64,000 nucleotides of DNA from an uncultured bacterium (GTDB lineage: Bacteria; Armatimonadota; DTGP01; CAYSAW01): positions 169,522-233,521 of the forward strand of contig CAYSAW010000003.1 in assembly GCA_964429225.1 (NCBI GenBank), in the 5' to 3' direction. Below the pieces are notes generated by a model. The model worked only from the letters and a program-made list of their open reading frames with translations. It did not search any database and was not told the origin of the DNA. Within the stretch, counting starts at the first letter, position 1; the number at the start of each line of letters is the position of its first letter. Position numbers and translations under genes: made by a program. Below, one piece after another: positions 48,508-58,534 of the stretch.

Positions 48508-49314
48508 GTGAAGACGGAACATCCTCACCCCTCTAATGGTAATCCCTGGGCCGATGGTTGGGACTACGAACTCTATATGGGCCGGTGGAGCAAGCTCTTA
48601 GCAGGAGAGTTTCTCAAATGGCTGACTGTACCCCCGGGAAGCTACTGGTTGGACGTCGGTTGTGGCACTGGAGCCCTCCTGCAGAGAATCTTGGAACTCG
48701 CCTCGCCACAAATTGTGATTGGGATAGACCCCTGGAAAGAGTGTATTGAATTCGCAAGGGCTTATATCTCTGATCCGCGCGCCTGGTTTATTCGGGGAAA
48801 TGGGCAAACCCTAAGCTTTGTGGATAAGTGTTTTGACGCCGTTGTCGCAGGCCTTTCCCTTGATAAGATGCCAGATCCTCTTCTCGCCGTGAAAGAGTGG
48901 TCCCGGGTCACCCGACCGGGAGGAATCCTTGCAGGATACGTCTGGGACTTCGCTGGGGAGATGCAAATGTTGCGCTTCTTTTGGGACACCGCAGTGGAGA
49001 TAGACCCTCCAGCCCACAAGTGGGACCACGCCCAACGGTATCCTCTCTGCAAACCAGAACTTCTCCTCGATCTATTCTGCTCGGCCGGGCTGCAAAAAGT
49101 TGAAGTTTGCTCGTTGATTATTCCAACCCTCTTCCAAGATTTTGAGGACTACTGGGTACCCTTCCTCCGCAACGAATCCTATCTCCAATCTCTCGAGGAA
49201 GAGCGTCGTACCCTTTTGAGAAACCGCCTTTGTTCCAGGCTTCCTATCCAAGCAAAGGGTTCCATTCCTCTGATCGCTCGGGCTTGGGCTGTTCGAGGGA
49301 TACGCTTAGCCTAG
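48508..49314 (+). CDS. class I SAM-dependent methyltransferase
   Basis: Motif I WLDVGCGTGALL. GTG start at 48508; the alternative ATG is at 48577. Confidence 0.7.
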   Translation: MKTEHPHPSNGNPWADGWDYELYMGRWSKLLAGEFLKWLTVPPGSYWLDVGCGTGALLQRILELASPQIVIGIDPWKECIEFARAYISDPRAWFIRGNGQTLSFVDKCFDAVVAGLSLDKMPDPLLAVKEWSRVTRPGGILAGYVWDFAGEMQMLRFFWDTAVEIDPPAHKWDHAQRYPLCKPELLLDLFCSAGLQKVEVCSLIIPTLFQDFEDYWVPFLRNESYLQSLEEERRTLLRNRLCSRLPIQAKGSIPLIARAWAVRGIRLA

Positions 49315-49566
49315 TAATAAGGATTGGGTGTTTCCAACCTCTTCCACAAAAGGAATCTCATTCCTGTCTCATAATGGATTTAGCCTATCAATAGACCTCT
49401 TCCACCTCTCCTTCTATAGCCTAAAAGGAAACTCTCCTCGTTTTCTCCAACAGAGAGAGGAGGGGGATAAGTCATCGGGGATGGGGAAATCCTTCTTGGA
49501 TGTCCTTGGGAAAAGAGGCCTTCTCTCTTGAAGAAGAGCTGTTGACACTATGAGAGGAGTAGCTTT

Positions 49567-50979
49567 ATGGGGCAGTACTTCGTCATCCCAATAGAAGTGA
49601 GGGAGGTCCCTGCCCAAGCGGAATTTGTTCCCGTCTCCGTGTCTCTTTCCTGGGACTCTCTTTTAAAACAAGGAGGTCTTTCAGGGGCAGTAGACGAACA
49701 CTCCTTGCGCCTCTACCGAGTGGAACCGGAGGGGAGGGAAGTGGAAGAAGTCTTTCAATATACTCCAGAAGTCCAGGGTCGCTATCCAGAGAGACGCCTC
49801 TTGCCCGAGACGCCCGAAACCGTAAGTTGGGTGGGAGAATGGTCTGCAGAAGCCGTACCCTCCTCTCTACGAGGGTCAGGCACTTTAACCTGGATAGTCA
49901 AAGGAGGAAACTCCTCACCCCTGAGGTACAATCTTTACCTGAGAATCCCTTCCCAGGGACGCTTTGTCCAAGTCCCCTATCCTCCTTACAACTTACGATA
50001 CTTTGATCCTCAGGGTAATCCGACTCCTGTTCGTTGGTTTCCCAGCCTCCAAATCCGGCCTCAATGGCCTTTGGGAGGGACTTTGTCTCTCTTGTACCAA
50101 GGAGAACCTTTAACCATATATCACCTTGGGCCAAGTTTCTCTGAAAAACTCAAAACCCTCTCCCTTTCTCCCTTTGAACCTCGCCGGCCCTATTTTTATC
50201 CCGTTTATGGTCCTGGGAAAGCCAGTCTTACCGAACTGGGCAAACCCCACGATCCCACTGGAAGCCATGCCCACCACTATTCCCTCTGGATTGCTCATGC
50301 AAACATCTCGGGAAAGGATTTTTGGTCCGAGCGCGGGGGTTGGCTTATCCACCAACGGTTTGACCTTATGGAAGATGGCCCGCTCTTCGCGCGTTTCCTC
50401 CAGCAAATCCATTGGAGCGATGGGGAACAAGTATTGCTCAGGGAAAAACGCCAGGTCACCTATTACCTCCCTGCGGATTCCTTTCGCCTAATAGACCTTG
50501 AATTAGAGCTAGCCCCTATGGAGGAAAAACCTCTTATCCTAGGGAAAACCCCCTTTGGATTCCTCGCCGTCCGCGTTGCTCAATCGCTGACGGTTTTTGA
50601 CGGGGCTGGAGAGATTCTCACTTCAGAAGGCTACCGGAATGAAGAAGGAGCCTTGGGAAAGCGGTCTGCTTGGCTTGATCTCTCCGGACCCATTGGGCAA
50701 GGTCTTTGGGGAGGGGTAGCTCTCTTCGACCATCCGGATAACCCACGCTATCCTACCTTCTGGCATTGTCGGAATGATGGTTGGGCAGGATCTGCCTTTA
50801 ACTATGAAGACCCCTGGGTCCTTGAACCGGGTTATCCTCTCCGCCTGCGCTACCGAATCCTCCTCCACCAACACAATGCCAAAGAAGGGGAGGTTACCCG
50901 CCACTATCAGGAATTTATCTGCCGGCCTAAGGTTTTGGTCGCTGGATTGCAACCAACAGAAAAGGAGATGGGAGGATAA
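49567..50979 (+). CDS. two-domain protein with a C-terminal DUF6807 / PmoA-like domain
   Basis: HAHHYSLWIAHANISGKDFW and the conserved W/H-rich C-terminal half fit DUF6807. Strong RBS. This family commonly occurs alongside Gfo/Idh/MocA genes in PVC-like genomes. Confidence 0.5.
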   Translation: MGQYFVIPIEVREVPAQAEFVPVSVSLSWDSLLKQGGLSGAVDEHSLRLYRVEPEGREVEEVFQYTPEVQGRYPERRLLPETPETVSWVGEWSAEAVPSSLRGSGTLTWIVKGGNSSPLRYNLYLRIPSQGRFVQVPYPPYNLRYFDPQGNPTPVRWFPSLQIRPQWPLGGTLSLLYQGEPLTIYHLGPSFSEKLKTLSLSPFEPRRPYFYPVYGPGKASLTELGKPHDPTGSHAHHYSLWIAHANISGKDFWSERGGWLIHQRFDLMEDGPLFARFLQQIHWSDGEQVLLREKRQVTYYLPADSFRLIDLELELAPMEEKPLILGKTPFGFLAVRVAQSLTVFDGAGEILTSEGYRNEEGALGKRSAWLDLSGPIGQGLWGGVALFDHPDNPRYPTFWHCRNDGWAGSAFNYEDPWVLEPGYPLRLRYRILLHQHNAKEGEVTRHYQEFICRPKVLVAGLQPTEKEMGG

Positions 50980-51027
50980 ACCCTCTCTTTTTAATAAAAG
51001 CCTAACCCTTGCAAATGCGGAGAAAGG

Positions 51028-51828
51028 ATGCTAGCCCCTAGCATTATTGAGATAGTTTTCCTTGTTGTTTTACTCCTCCTTTCACCCATAACAGGAAACG
51101 AAACAATCCAGAAAAACTGTGACACAGGTAAGAGAGAAGAAGCCCTTAAAAGGGCCTTCCGATTCCTGGAGTATTTATTCGATCCTTCCCTCGATTTGCT
51201 TCCCGAATACCCTGGTGCCAAAGTTTATTGGCTTTATCACGATAACTATCTCGCCAGCAAAATCTTAAAGCCGGTACGACCAGACATCACCCAACGTATT
51301 GAAAAAGCCATCCACCACTACGGAGTAACCTACTCCGGTAAAATTGAAATCCTCTTTGGGGAAGCAAAACACCCTCTCCCCTTCCGCATCCCGGAACTGG
51401 TGACTGTTGCCTGGAAGGGGCCAAAACAGATCCGCACTGAACGGATCACCAACCGAATTCTTAAAGATTGGCAGGAATATAGCGATCTACTCTTTCTGGC
51501 AGGGATCGCTCAAGCGAGAACTCAACCTCAGCAAGCGATTCAGTACTTTCGCCAAGCCCTGGAGATGTGGGATGGCAGAGGCTTCTATGACCGAGTGGCA
51601 CAAAATCACCATCTCTACAGCACTTATAAGCTAGCTCTTGCTCTTCTTGCCGCGAGAAAACTAAAACAACCTCTGCCGATGAGAGAAGAGATCCTGACTC
51701 GATTACTGAGGCAACAAGATTCTTCCGGGGGGTTTATCACTGATTACAACATAGAGGGTCAACCTGTAGGCCTACCCAATGTGGAAACAACCTGCTTAGT
51801 TATTTTAGCCTTGTCCCCCAAAGGCTAA
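51028..51828 (+). CDS. hypothetical secreted or membrane-anchored protein
   Basis: N-terminal hydrophobic helix and a GGAGAAAGG RBS. A weak QQDSSGGF stretch resembles a prenyltransferase/terpene-cyclase repeat. Confidence 0.45.
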   Translation: MLAPSIIEIVFLVVLLLLSPITGNETIQKNCDTGKREEALKRAFRFLEYLFDPSLDLLPEYPGAKVYWLYHDNYLASKILKPVRPDITQRIEKAIHHYGVTYSGKIEILFGEAKHPLPFRIPELVTVAWKGPKQIRTERITNRILKDWQEYSDLLFLAGIAQARTQPQQAIQYFRQALEMWDGRGFYDRVAQNHHLYSTYKLALALLAARKLKQPLPMREEILTRLLRQQDSSGGFITDYNIEGQPVGLPNVETTCLVILALSPKG

Positions 51829-51834
51829 GCATGA

Positions 51835-53208
51835 TCATTGGAGGTGAATCCGGCGGGCCTCCTCCAACTGCTCTCTCACCCTCTCTGGCGCCGTACCCCC
51901 GAAAGACTTCCGGCTTGCAACACTTTCGCGAATCGTGGGCACTCGATAATGATCCGGGAAACCAGGCCAAAAACGACGCAATTCCTCAAGGGAGAGGGCC
52001 GAAAGCGATCTCCCTTCTTGTTCACAATAGAGGACCATCCGACCGACGATCTCATGAGCTTGGCGGAAGGGTACTCCCTGCATAGCAATAAAATCGGCAA
52101 TATCCGTGGCCACTATAAAACCGGTATCTGCCAGCTGTTCCATCCGTTCGGGAATAAAGGTGGCGGTCTTTAACATCCCTGCAAAAACTTCCAAAGCGCC
52201 CTGTAATGTATCCACTGTATCGAAAAGGGCCTCCTTATCCTCCTGGAGGTCAGTGTTGTAAGTAAGAGGTAGGCCTTTTAAAACGGTGAGAAGCCCCAAA
52301 AGGTGGCCATAAACTCGTCCGGTTTTACCCCGAACCAGTTCGGCCACATCGGGATTCTTCTTCTGGGGCATAATACTAGAGCCTGTGGTATAGGCATCAT
52401 CCAGGATCAGAAACCCGAACTCTGGAGCGGTCCAAAGGGTGATCTCCTGGGCCAATCGGGAGAGGTGCATCATTGTTAACGCAGAGAAGGCCAAGAATTC
52501 GACTACAAAATCCCGGTCTGCAACTGCATCCATCGAGTTAGGGCAGGGGGCAATAAACCCTAATTCTCTTGCTACCTCCTCCCGGTCTATAGGAAAGGGG
52601 GTTCCCGCTAAGGCGGAGGCACCTAAGGGGCAGTAGTTCATTCGGCGTAGCGCCTCCTGCAATCGCTCCCAATCTCGCTGGAACATCCAGAAATAGGCCA
52701 GGAGATGATGGGCCAAGGTTACAGGCTGTGCATGTTGGAGGTGGGTAAATCCGGGCATAATCGTTTCAAGGTGCTCTTCCGCTTGCTCCAGCAGAACCCC
52801 TTGAAGTTGACGGAGAAGACCCGCGATTCGCTCCCCCTCCTCCCTTAACCAGAGACGGAGGTCGGTTACCACTTGGTCGTTCCGGCTTCGGGCAGTGTGA
52901 AGCTTACCGGCAACTCCACCGATCAGCTCCCGCAAACGGACCTCCACTGCAGTATGAATATCTTCCGCAGAAGGGTCAAAACAAGGCTGGCCTCCCTCCA
53001 CCTCCTCTAAAATTTGCTGAAGCCCTCGAAGAATTTGATCCCCCTCTTCCTGAGAAAGAATCCCCTGCCGTTGAAGCATTCGAGCATGGGCAATACTTCC
53101 TATCACATCCTGCCGAGCAAGGCGGACATCGAAGGGGAAACTTCGCAGAAACTCCTGCGCCTTCTCCTCCGTGGGTTTAGCAAAACGTCCTCCCCAAAGC
53201 TGAGTCAT
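51835..53208 (-). CDS. argH: argininosuccinate lyase
   Basis: MTQLWGGRF N-terminus and the fumarate-lyase signature GSSIMPQKKNP. Confidence 0.95.
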   Translation of the reverse strand: MTQLWGGRFAKPTEEKAQEFLRSFPFDVRLARQDVIGSIAHARMLQRQGILSQEEGDQILRGLQQILEEVEGGQPCFDPSAEDIHTAVEVRLRELIGGVAGKLHTARSRNDQVVTDLRLWLREEGERIAGLLRQLQGVLLEQAEEHLETIMPGFTHLQHAQPVTLAHHLLAYFWMFQRDWERLQEALRRMNYCPLGASALAGTPFPIDREEVARELGFIAPCPNSMDAVADRDFVVEFLAFSALTMMHLSRLAQEITLWTAPEFGFLILDDAYTTGSSIMPQKKNPDVAELVRGKTGRVYGHLLGLLTVLKGLPLTYNTDLQEDKEALFDTVDTLQGALEVFAGMLKTATFIPERMEQLADTGFIVATDIADFIAMQGVPFRQAHEIVGRMVLYCEQEGRSLSALSLEELRRFWPGFPDHYRVPTIRESVASRKSFGGTAPERVREQLEEARRIHLQ

Positions 53209-53283
53209 CGTCGTTCCTACTAAAGACTAGAAAGCCTCAGCACTCACCCAAGTCTGTGGGTAAGACAAGGCTTGGACCCTTCT

Positions 53284-54528
53284 TTATCCTCCTTTGAGCA
53301 AAGCCCGGAAGGGGGATAGTTGACCGCTAACCGCTGTCTGCTGTTGACTAAGCTGAAGGTACATCCGTGCTTGAAGGCCGTGAGTTTTCACCGTTCCCAC
53401 CGATTCCCGCTGATCAAAGGCTTTGGAATCAAAAGAAGCGAGCTCTTCCGAGTAGAGCGCCCAATCGCTTCTTCGGCCAATCACTGTACAATAACCCTTG
53501 AACAACCGAAGGCGAACGGTACCAGTGACCCGGCGCTGAGTAGCTTGAATAAAGGCGTCCAAATCCTCTTTAAGAGGGTCAAGCCATAGGCCAGCGTAGG
53601 CCAAGCGAGCCCATTCCGCATCCACTAATGCCTTAAAACGCTGCTCTTCGGCGGTAAGCACCAAGGCTTCCAGCGCCTTATGAGCAGTGATAAAGGTAAC
53701 TGCCGCCGGGCATTCATAGTTCTCTCGAACTTTCAGGCCCAAAAGACGGTCCTCCATAATATCTATTCGGCCCACTCCATATTCCCCCGCAATTCGGTTC
53801 AAAGTTTGAACCAAAAGTACAGGAGATAGGCGTTGGCCATCCAGAGCAACAGGTATCCCCTCTTCAAACGTGATTTCAATGACCTTAGGTTCATTAGGGG
53901 TCTCTGCTGGGTTTTTAGTCCACTGGTAAATCTCCTCCGGCGGGGTGTAATCTGGTTCTTCCAAGCGTCCTCCCTCAATGCTTCGCCCCCAAAGATTCTC
54001 ATCTATAGACCAAATTTTTTCCGCTGTCTGGGAAATGGGAACACCCTTGCGCCGGGCATATTCGATTTCTTCAGAGCGTGTAAGATTCTTCTCCCGCATT
54101 GGGGCAATAATCTCTGCATCCGGCATCAAAGCACGGATCATAAACTCGATGCGAAACTGGTCATTCCCTTTGCCCGTGCACCCATGGCCAAAAGCCTTTG
54201 CCCCCACCTTCTGGGCTACTTGAACCGCTTTTAGAGCGATTAAAGGTCGAGCCAAAGCGGTACTTAAAGGGTACCCCTCATAGCTCCCATTGGCTTGAAC
54301 CGCCGGCCAGCAGAGGTATCGGACAAACTCTTCTTTAGCATCAACCGTATAATGTTCCGTCCCCAAAGCCCGAGCCTTTTGCTCGGCTTGGGCAATATCC
54401 TCCGGCGGTTGACCAACATCCACGGTTACCGTGATGATGTGGTCGAAACCATATTCCTCCCGTATCATCGGGATACACACTGAGGTATCCAACCCTCCCG
54501 AATAAACCAAAACCACCTTTCTGCTCAT
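53284..54528 (-). CDS. argG: argininosuccinate synthase
   Basis: The N-terminal P-loop AYSGGLDTS and conserved full length. AGGAG RBS before the ATG at 54528. Confidence 0.95.
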   Translation of the reverse strand: MSRKVVLVYSGGLDTSVCIPMIREEYGFDHIITVTVDVGQPPEDIAQAEQKARALGTEHYTVDAKEEFVRYLCWPAVQANGSYEGYPLSTALARPLIALKAVQVAQKVGAKAFGHGCTGKGNDQFRIEFMIRALMPDAEIIAPMREKNLTRSEEIEYARRKGVPISQTAEKIWSIDENLWGRSIEGGRLEEPDYTPPEEIYQWTKNPAETPNEPKVIEITFEEGIPVALDGQRLSPVLLVQTLNRIAGEYGVGRIDIMEDRLLGLKVRENYECPAAVTFITAHKALEALVLTAEEQRFKALVDAEWARLAYAGLWLDPLKEDLDAFIQATQRRVTGTVRLRLFKGYCTVIGRRSDWALYSEELASFDSKAFDQRESVGTVKTHGLQARMYLQLSQQQTAVSGQLSPFRALLKGG

Positions 54529-54642
54529 CAAAATACTCCTAAACTCCAAATTTTACGACTTTAGCACCTGAGAAACCCCAAAATATTATTCCCAAGAAAA
54601 AGGTTGGAGGGCAATGATCTGCTTTCTCCCCACACTGAGGCC

Positions 54643-55767
54643 TTATCCACCCTCCAAGGCTTGAGCCAGGTCTTCCATTAAATCCTCCGGATGCTCCAGG
54701 CCGATAGAAAGCCGAAGCAGATTGTCCGGCGTCCTTGTTCCCGGCCCTTCTATCGAGGCCCGGTGCTCAATAAGACTTTCGACTCCGCCTAAGCTGGTAG
54801 CACGGGTGAAAAGACGCACCTTGCCTGCCACTGCCACCGCTCGATCCTGCCCTCCTTTCACCTGGAAAGAGAGTACCCCTCCAAACATTGTCATCTGGCG
54901 AACCGCAATCTCATATCCCGGATGGTCTTCCAAGCCGGGGTAATGCACTACTTCAACTGCAGGATGATTCTTTAAAAACTGGGCGATTTTCAGAGCAGTC
55001 TCTGACTGAGCACGAACCCGATAAGGCAAGGTTTTAAGCCCCCGGCGAGTCAACCAACAGTCAAAGGGAGAGAGCACCGCTCCTCCAGAACACTGGATTT
55101 TACGGATTCTCTGAAAAAAATCATCCTCAACCTTGGCAATGACCGCCCCTCCCAAGGCATCACTATGGCCATTGAGGTACTTAGTGGTGGAGTAGACAAC
55201 GAAATCCGCCCCCCACTCAAAAGGGCGTTGAAGTACCGGAGTAGCCCAAGTATTATCACACACGCAGAAAGCCCCCACCTGATGAGCCAGATTGGAAATC
55301 CGAGCGATATCCGTAATCTTCAACAGAGGATTAGAAGGGGTTTCAATCAAAAGGATCTTAACCCTAAGATCAAGCACCCTTTCCACCTGGAGTGGGTTGG
55401 TCATATCCGCAAAAGTAACTTCCAACCCCCAAGGAGCTAGAATCTCCTGCAACAGGCCAGCCGTCCCATAATAAAGATCCCAAGGGGCGATTACCCGATC
55501 CCCCGGTGAAAGAGCCTGGAAAAGACTCATCATTGCGGAGGAGCCGGAGGAAAACACTGCACAAGCGGATCCTCCTTCCAAAACCGAGAGGCATTTTTCC
55601 AAAGCCTCTCGGTTTGGATTACCCAACCGAGTATAGATATACCCCCTGGGATAGCTCCCATCTTCAGCCCGCTCAAAAGTGGTCGAAAGATAAAGGGGCG
55701 GAGTGATAGCTCCCGAAGTGGGGTCAACTGTCTCGCCTGCATGCACCGCTAAGGTCTCGATCCTCAC
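54643..55767 (-). CDS. PLP-dependent Cys/Met-metabolism enzyme (cystathionine gamma-synthase / beta-lyase / gamma-lyase family)
   Basis: Family-typical N-terminus ETLAVHAG and the PLP-Lys region YSTTKYLNGHSD. GTG start with a strong RBS. Confidence 0.85.
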   Translation of the reverse strand: MRIETLAVHAGETVDPTSGAITPPLYLSTTFERAEDGSYPRGYIYTRLGNPNREALEKCLSVLEGGSACAVFSSGSSAMMSLFQALSPGDRVIAPWDLYYGTAGLLQEILAPWGLEVTFADMTNPLQVERVLDLRVKILLIETPSNPLLKITDIARISNLAHQVGAFCVCDNTWATPVLQRPFEWGADFVVYSTTKYLNGHSDALGGAVIAKVEDDFFQRIRKIQCSGGAVLSPFDCWLTRRGLKTLPYRVRAQSETALKIAQFLKNHPAVEVVHYPGLEDHPGYEIAVRQMTMFGGVLSFQVKGGQDRAVAVAGKVRLFTRATSLGGVESLIEHRASIEGPGTRTPDNLLRLSIGLEHPEDLMEDLAQALEGG

Positions 55768-55800
55768 CCCTTGTCTCCTCTCCTTGAAATAAGAAGAAGC

Positions 55801-57483
55801 CTATCTCATCGCTTGATTCAGCAGATCCCCAAACTCCTCTAACAAATCGTACCTTCTAAGCCAAGTGGTGTACATCAGCCCTCGAACTTGAGGGGTCTTG
55901 CGAGCTAAAGCAAGCCAATCCTCCACATCTTTCAAGGTGTCCGCATCATAGTAACAAGCGATTAAGGTCTGAAAATTCCGGCTGGCGAAGAAGCGTAGGC
56001 TATTCTCTCGAGGCTCTCCCCCCCAAACTGCAATTACTAAATCTTTAGGGACATAATTCCAAGAGCCTGTAAAATCCCCTTGCACCAAGTAGTAGTTGCT
56101 GTGGGCATTATGATGAGGGTCCAACATATCCGACCAGATGTAGATCTGGGCTTTGGGGTTATATTTGCGAAGGATTTGCACCTCCTTGGTAACACATTCC
56201 CCCAATAACCGAGCCATACTCTTCCCTTCACACCGTTTACAGGTTCCTCCCATTCGCACTTCATCCATACTCAAAAGAATACGCTTGGGATGAAGATATT
56301 TTGCCAGCAACTGGGCTTCATGGTCAAAGATTTCATAAAGCTCTGGCTCCGCCATACAAACGGTGACCTGATCTTGGTAAATCACCATCGGATGGTACCA
56401 ACTAACTCGCAACCGCTGTCCCTCTCGAATACAACTGCCCTTTAGGATTTGCAAGGAGGGAGCTTCCCGGTCTACATTGTAAAAATTAAAATCAGGGTCT
56501 ACGAGGGGAGCATAATCTTTTCCCTCCTCATAAATCACATTGCCCTCTTCACTCCGGACCGTAACAGGAGTCCCCGGACGCCGTAAAACGTTGATAGGGC
56601 CTACCTCTTCCAGGGTAACATCATCTAGCCATACCTTGCCTTCCCGCCCTCCCCAAACCCCCGCATAAAGACGGACGGAGTCGTAACCGAGGCTGTTAAA
56701 GAGGAGGGTTACCTTACGCCAATCGGAAGAGGGGGGAATATCAAATTGGCGAGGGGCCAAATCCCGGTCTCCCGCGAGGACCAAAATACGGAAGAGATTA
56801 CTAGGCCTTAGGCCTTCTGTTCTCACCCATAGACTTACCCGATAACACCGATAGGGATGGACTTTTACCTCCTGCATCACTCGGGCATTGCCCGCTGGCT
56901 GAGCAGAGAAATTTTCCATACGGATAGAAGTTTTGCCGCTGTGAACGATTTGGTGGTCCGGGAAGCTCACTACTCCTGGCTCATCGTGGAAGTTCCAACC
57001 CCGAAAGCGGTTACCTTCCAACTCTTCAAAGCCTCCATTAACCAAGCGCACTGGCGGATCGGGAAGAAGAAGCCCTCTTCCTTCTCGAACAATAAACAGA
57101 GCCTCTTTAACCGGCAGACCCTCGGCGAGATTCCGATTATGGGAAAGAACCCCTCCTCCATAGCCAATAGAAAAAACACTGGGGATCAGCTCCAAACCAT
57201 TGTGCTCACAAAAGGCCTTTACCTCTTGAAGCCGGCGAAAGTATTCGGGAGGCTGTTTACAGAGGATGTCTAGGTTGGCTGAAAGTACAGCCCCGTTATA
57301 GCCGTGCTTGGCTGCCCTTTCAATAATTTGACGCAGAACTTGGACATCCTGATCCCTGCGGAGGCTCCATCCGAAAAGCCATACAAAACGATCTTGGAAA
57401 GCGCTTAAAGAGTTACCTGGGGCTAACAATCCCATCACCACCAAAAGGATAAGAAGCTTTCCGAAAATGGGAAAACGGATCAT
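55801..57483 (-). CDS. secreted hypothetical protein with a central CBM4/9-like carbohydrate-binding module
   Basis: Signal peptide MIRFPIFGKLLILLVVMGLLAPGNSLSA. NGGFEELEGNRFRGW is typical of CBM_4_9. It is embedded in the arg gene cluster. Confidence 0.5.
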   Translation of the reverse strand: MIRFPIFGKLLILLVVMGLLAPGNSLSAFQDRFVWLFGWSLRRDQDVQVLRQIIERAAKHGYNGAVLSANLDILCKQPPEYFRRLQEVKAFCEHNGLELIPSVFSIGYGGGVLSHNRNLAEGLPVKEALFIVREGRGLLLPDPPVRLVNGGFEELEGNRFRGWNFHDEPGVVSFPDHQIVHSGKTSIRMENFSAQPAGNARVMQEVKVHPYRCYRVSLWVRTEGLRPSNLFRILVLAGDRDLAPRQFDIPPSSDWRKVTLLFNSLGYDSVRLYAGVWGGREGKVWLDDVTLEEVGPINVLRRPGTPVTVRSEEGNVIYEEGKDYAPLVDPDFNFYNVDREAPSLQILKGSCIREGQRLRVSWYHPMVIYQDQVTVCMAEPELYEIFDHEAQLLAKYLHPKRILLSMDEVRMGGTCKRCEGKSMARLLGECVTKEVQILRKYNPKAQIYIWSDMLDPHHNAHSNYYLVQGDFTGSWNYVPKDLVIAVWGGEPRENSLRFFASRNFQTLIACYYDADTLKDVEDWLALARKTPQVRGLMYTTWLRRYDLLEEFGDLLNQAMR

Positions 57484-57502
57484 CTCTCTGAAGCCCACCC
57501 TT

Positions 57503-58525
57503 CTAGAGAGTCTGACGGCCTAAAGACGTGGGTTGTCCACTTAAAAGGAAGAGGAGAAGAGCTTTTTGAACGTACAACCGATTTTCTGCTTGGTCGAGTA
57601 CAACAGACTGAGGGCCATCTATCATTTCATCCGTGATCTCTTCCCCTCGATGAGCAGGAAGGCAATGCATTATAATTGCATCTGGCTTGGCGTAAGTTAC
57701 TAATTGAGAGTTTACTTGATAACCGGCCAGATCTCGGCGTCGTTCCTCAGCTTCCTCCTCCTGCCCCATAGAAATCCAGACGTCGGTGTAAACCGCATCT
57801 GCTCCCATCACTGCCGAACGAGGATCTTGAAGAATCTCGATGACCGCCCCTGAGGCCTGGGCCAATTCTTGGGCACGAGTCACCACTTCCGGCAGAGGTT
57901 CGTATCCTGAAGGGCAAGCTACTCTTAGGTGGGTACCGTAGAGAGCGGAGATTAAAATCAGTGAATGACAAACATTGTTTCCATCTCCTACCCAAGCCAG
58001 CTGGATTTTGGAAGGCTCACCTTTATACTCCTCAAGGGTCATAAAATCGGCAAGAACTTGGCAAGGATGTTCCAAATCCGAGAGGGCGTTAATCACAGGT
58101 ATTTGGGCATATCGAGCAAGGATCTCGAGGTGCTGATGCCGGTAAACCCGGGCAGCGATGGCGTGAACCCAGCGATCCAAATTCCGGGCAATATCGGGGA
58201 CGCTCTCCCGGGAACCCATCATTACCTCCTCTGGCCCCAAATAAATAGCCGTGCCCCCCAACTGCTCCATCGCCAATTGGAGAGTGACCCGAGTCCTCAG
58301 AGACGGCTTCTCAAAGAGGAGGGCTAAATGTTTCGCGTAAAGGGCTTTACGAAACTCATCCTCAACAGGAGAAATATGCTGTCGAGCCTTCAGCTTTCGG
58401 GCTGCGGCGATAATCAACCGCGCCTCCTCAAGGGTGAGGTCTGCAATGGATAAAAGGTCTCGCCCTCGTAAAGGATTATGCGCCAGTAAACGTGGAAGAG
58501 TAATCGGCTCCATTTTCCCCTTCAT
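57503..58525 (-). CDS. argF: ornithine carbamoyltransferase
   Basis: The carbamoyl-phosphate motif SLRTR (STRTR-like) and the HCLP motif HCLPAHRGEE. Confidence 0.9.
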   Translation of the reverse strand: MKGKMEPITLPRLLAHNPLRGRDLLSIADLTLEEARLIIAAARKLKARQHISPVEDEFRKALYAKHLALLFEKPSLRTRVTLQLAMEQLGGTAIYLGPEEVMMGSRESVPDIARNLDRWVHAIAARVYRHQHLEILARYAQIPVINALSDLEHPCQVLADFMTLEEYKGEPSKIQLAWVGDGNNVCHSLILISALYGTHLRVACPSGYEPLPEVVTRAQELAQASGAVIEILQDPRSAVMGADAVYTDVWISMGQEEEAEERRRDLAGYQVNSQLVTYAKPDAIIMHCLPAHRGEEITDEMIDGPQSVVLDQAENRLYVQKALLLFLLSGQPTSLGRQTL

Positions 58526-58534
58526 AACAATGGC

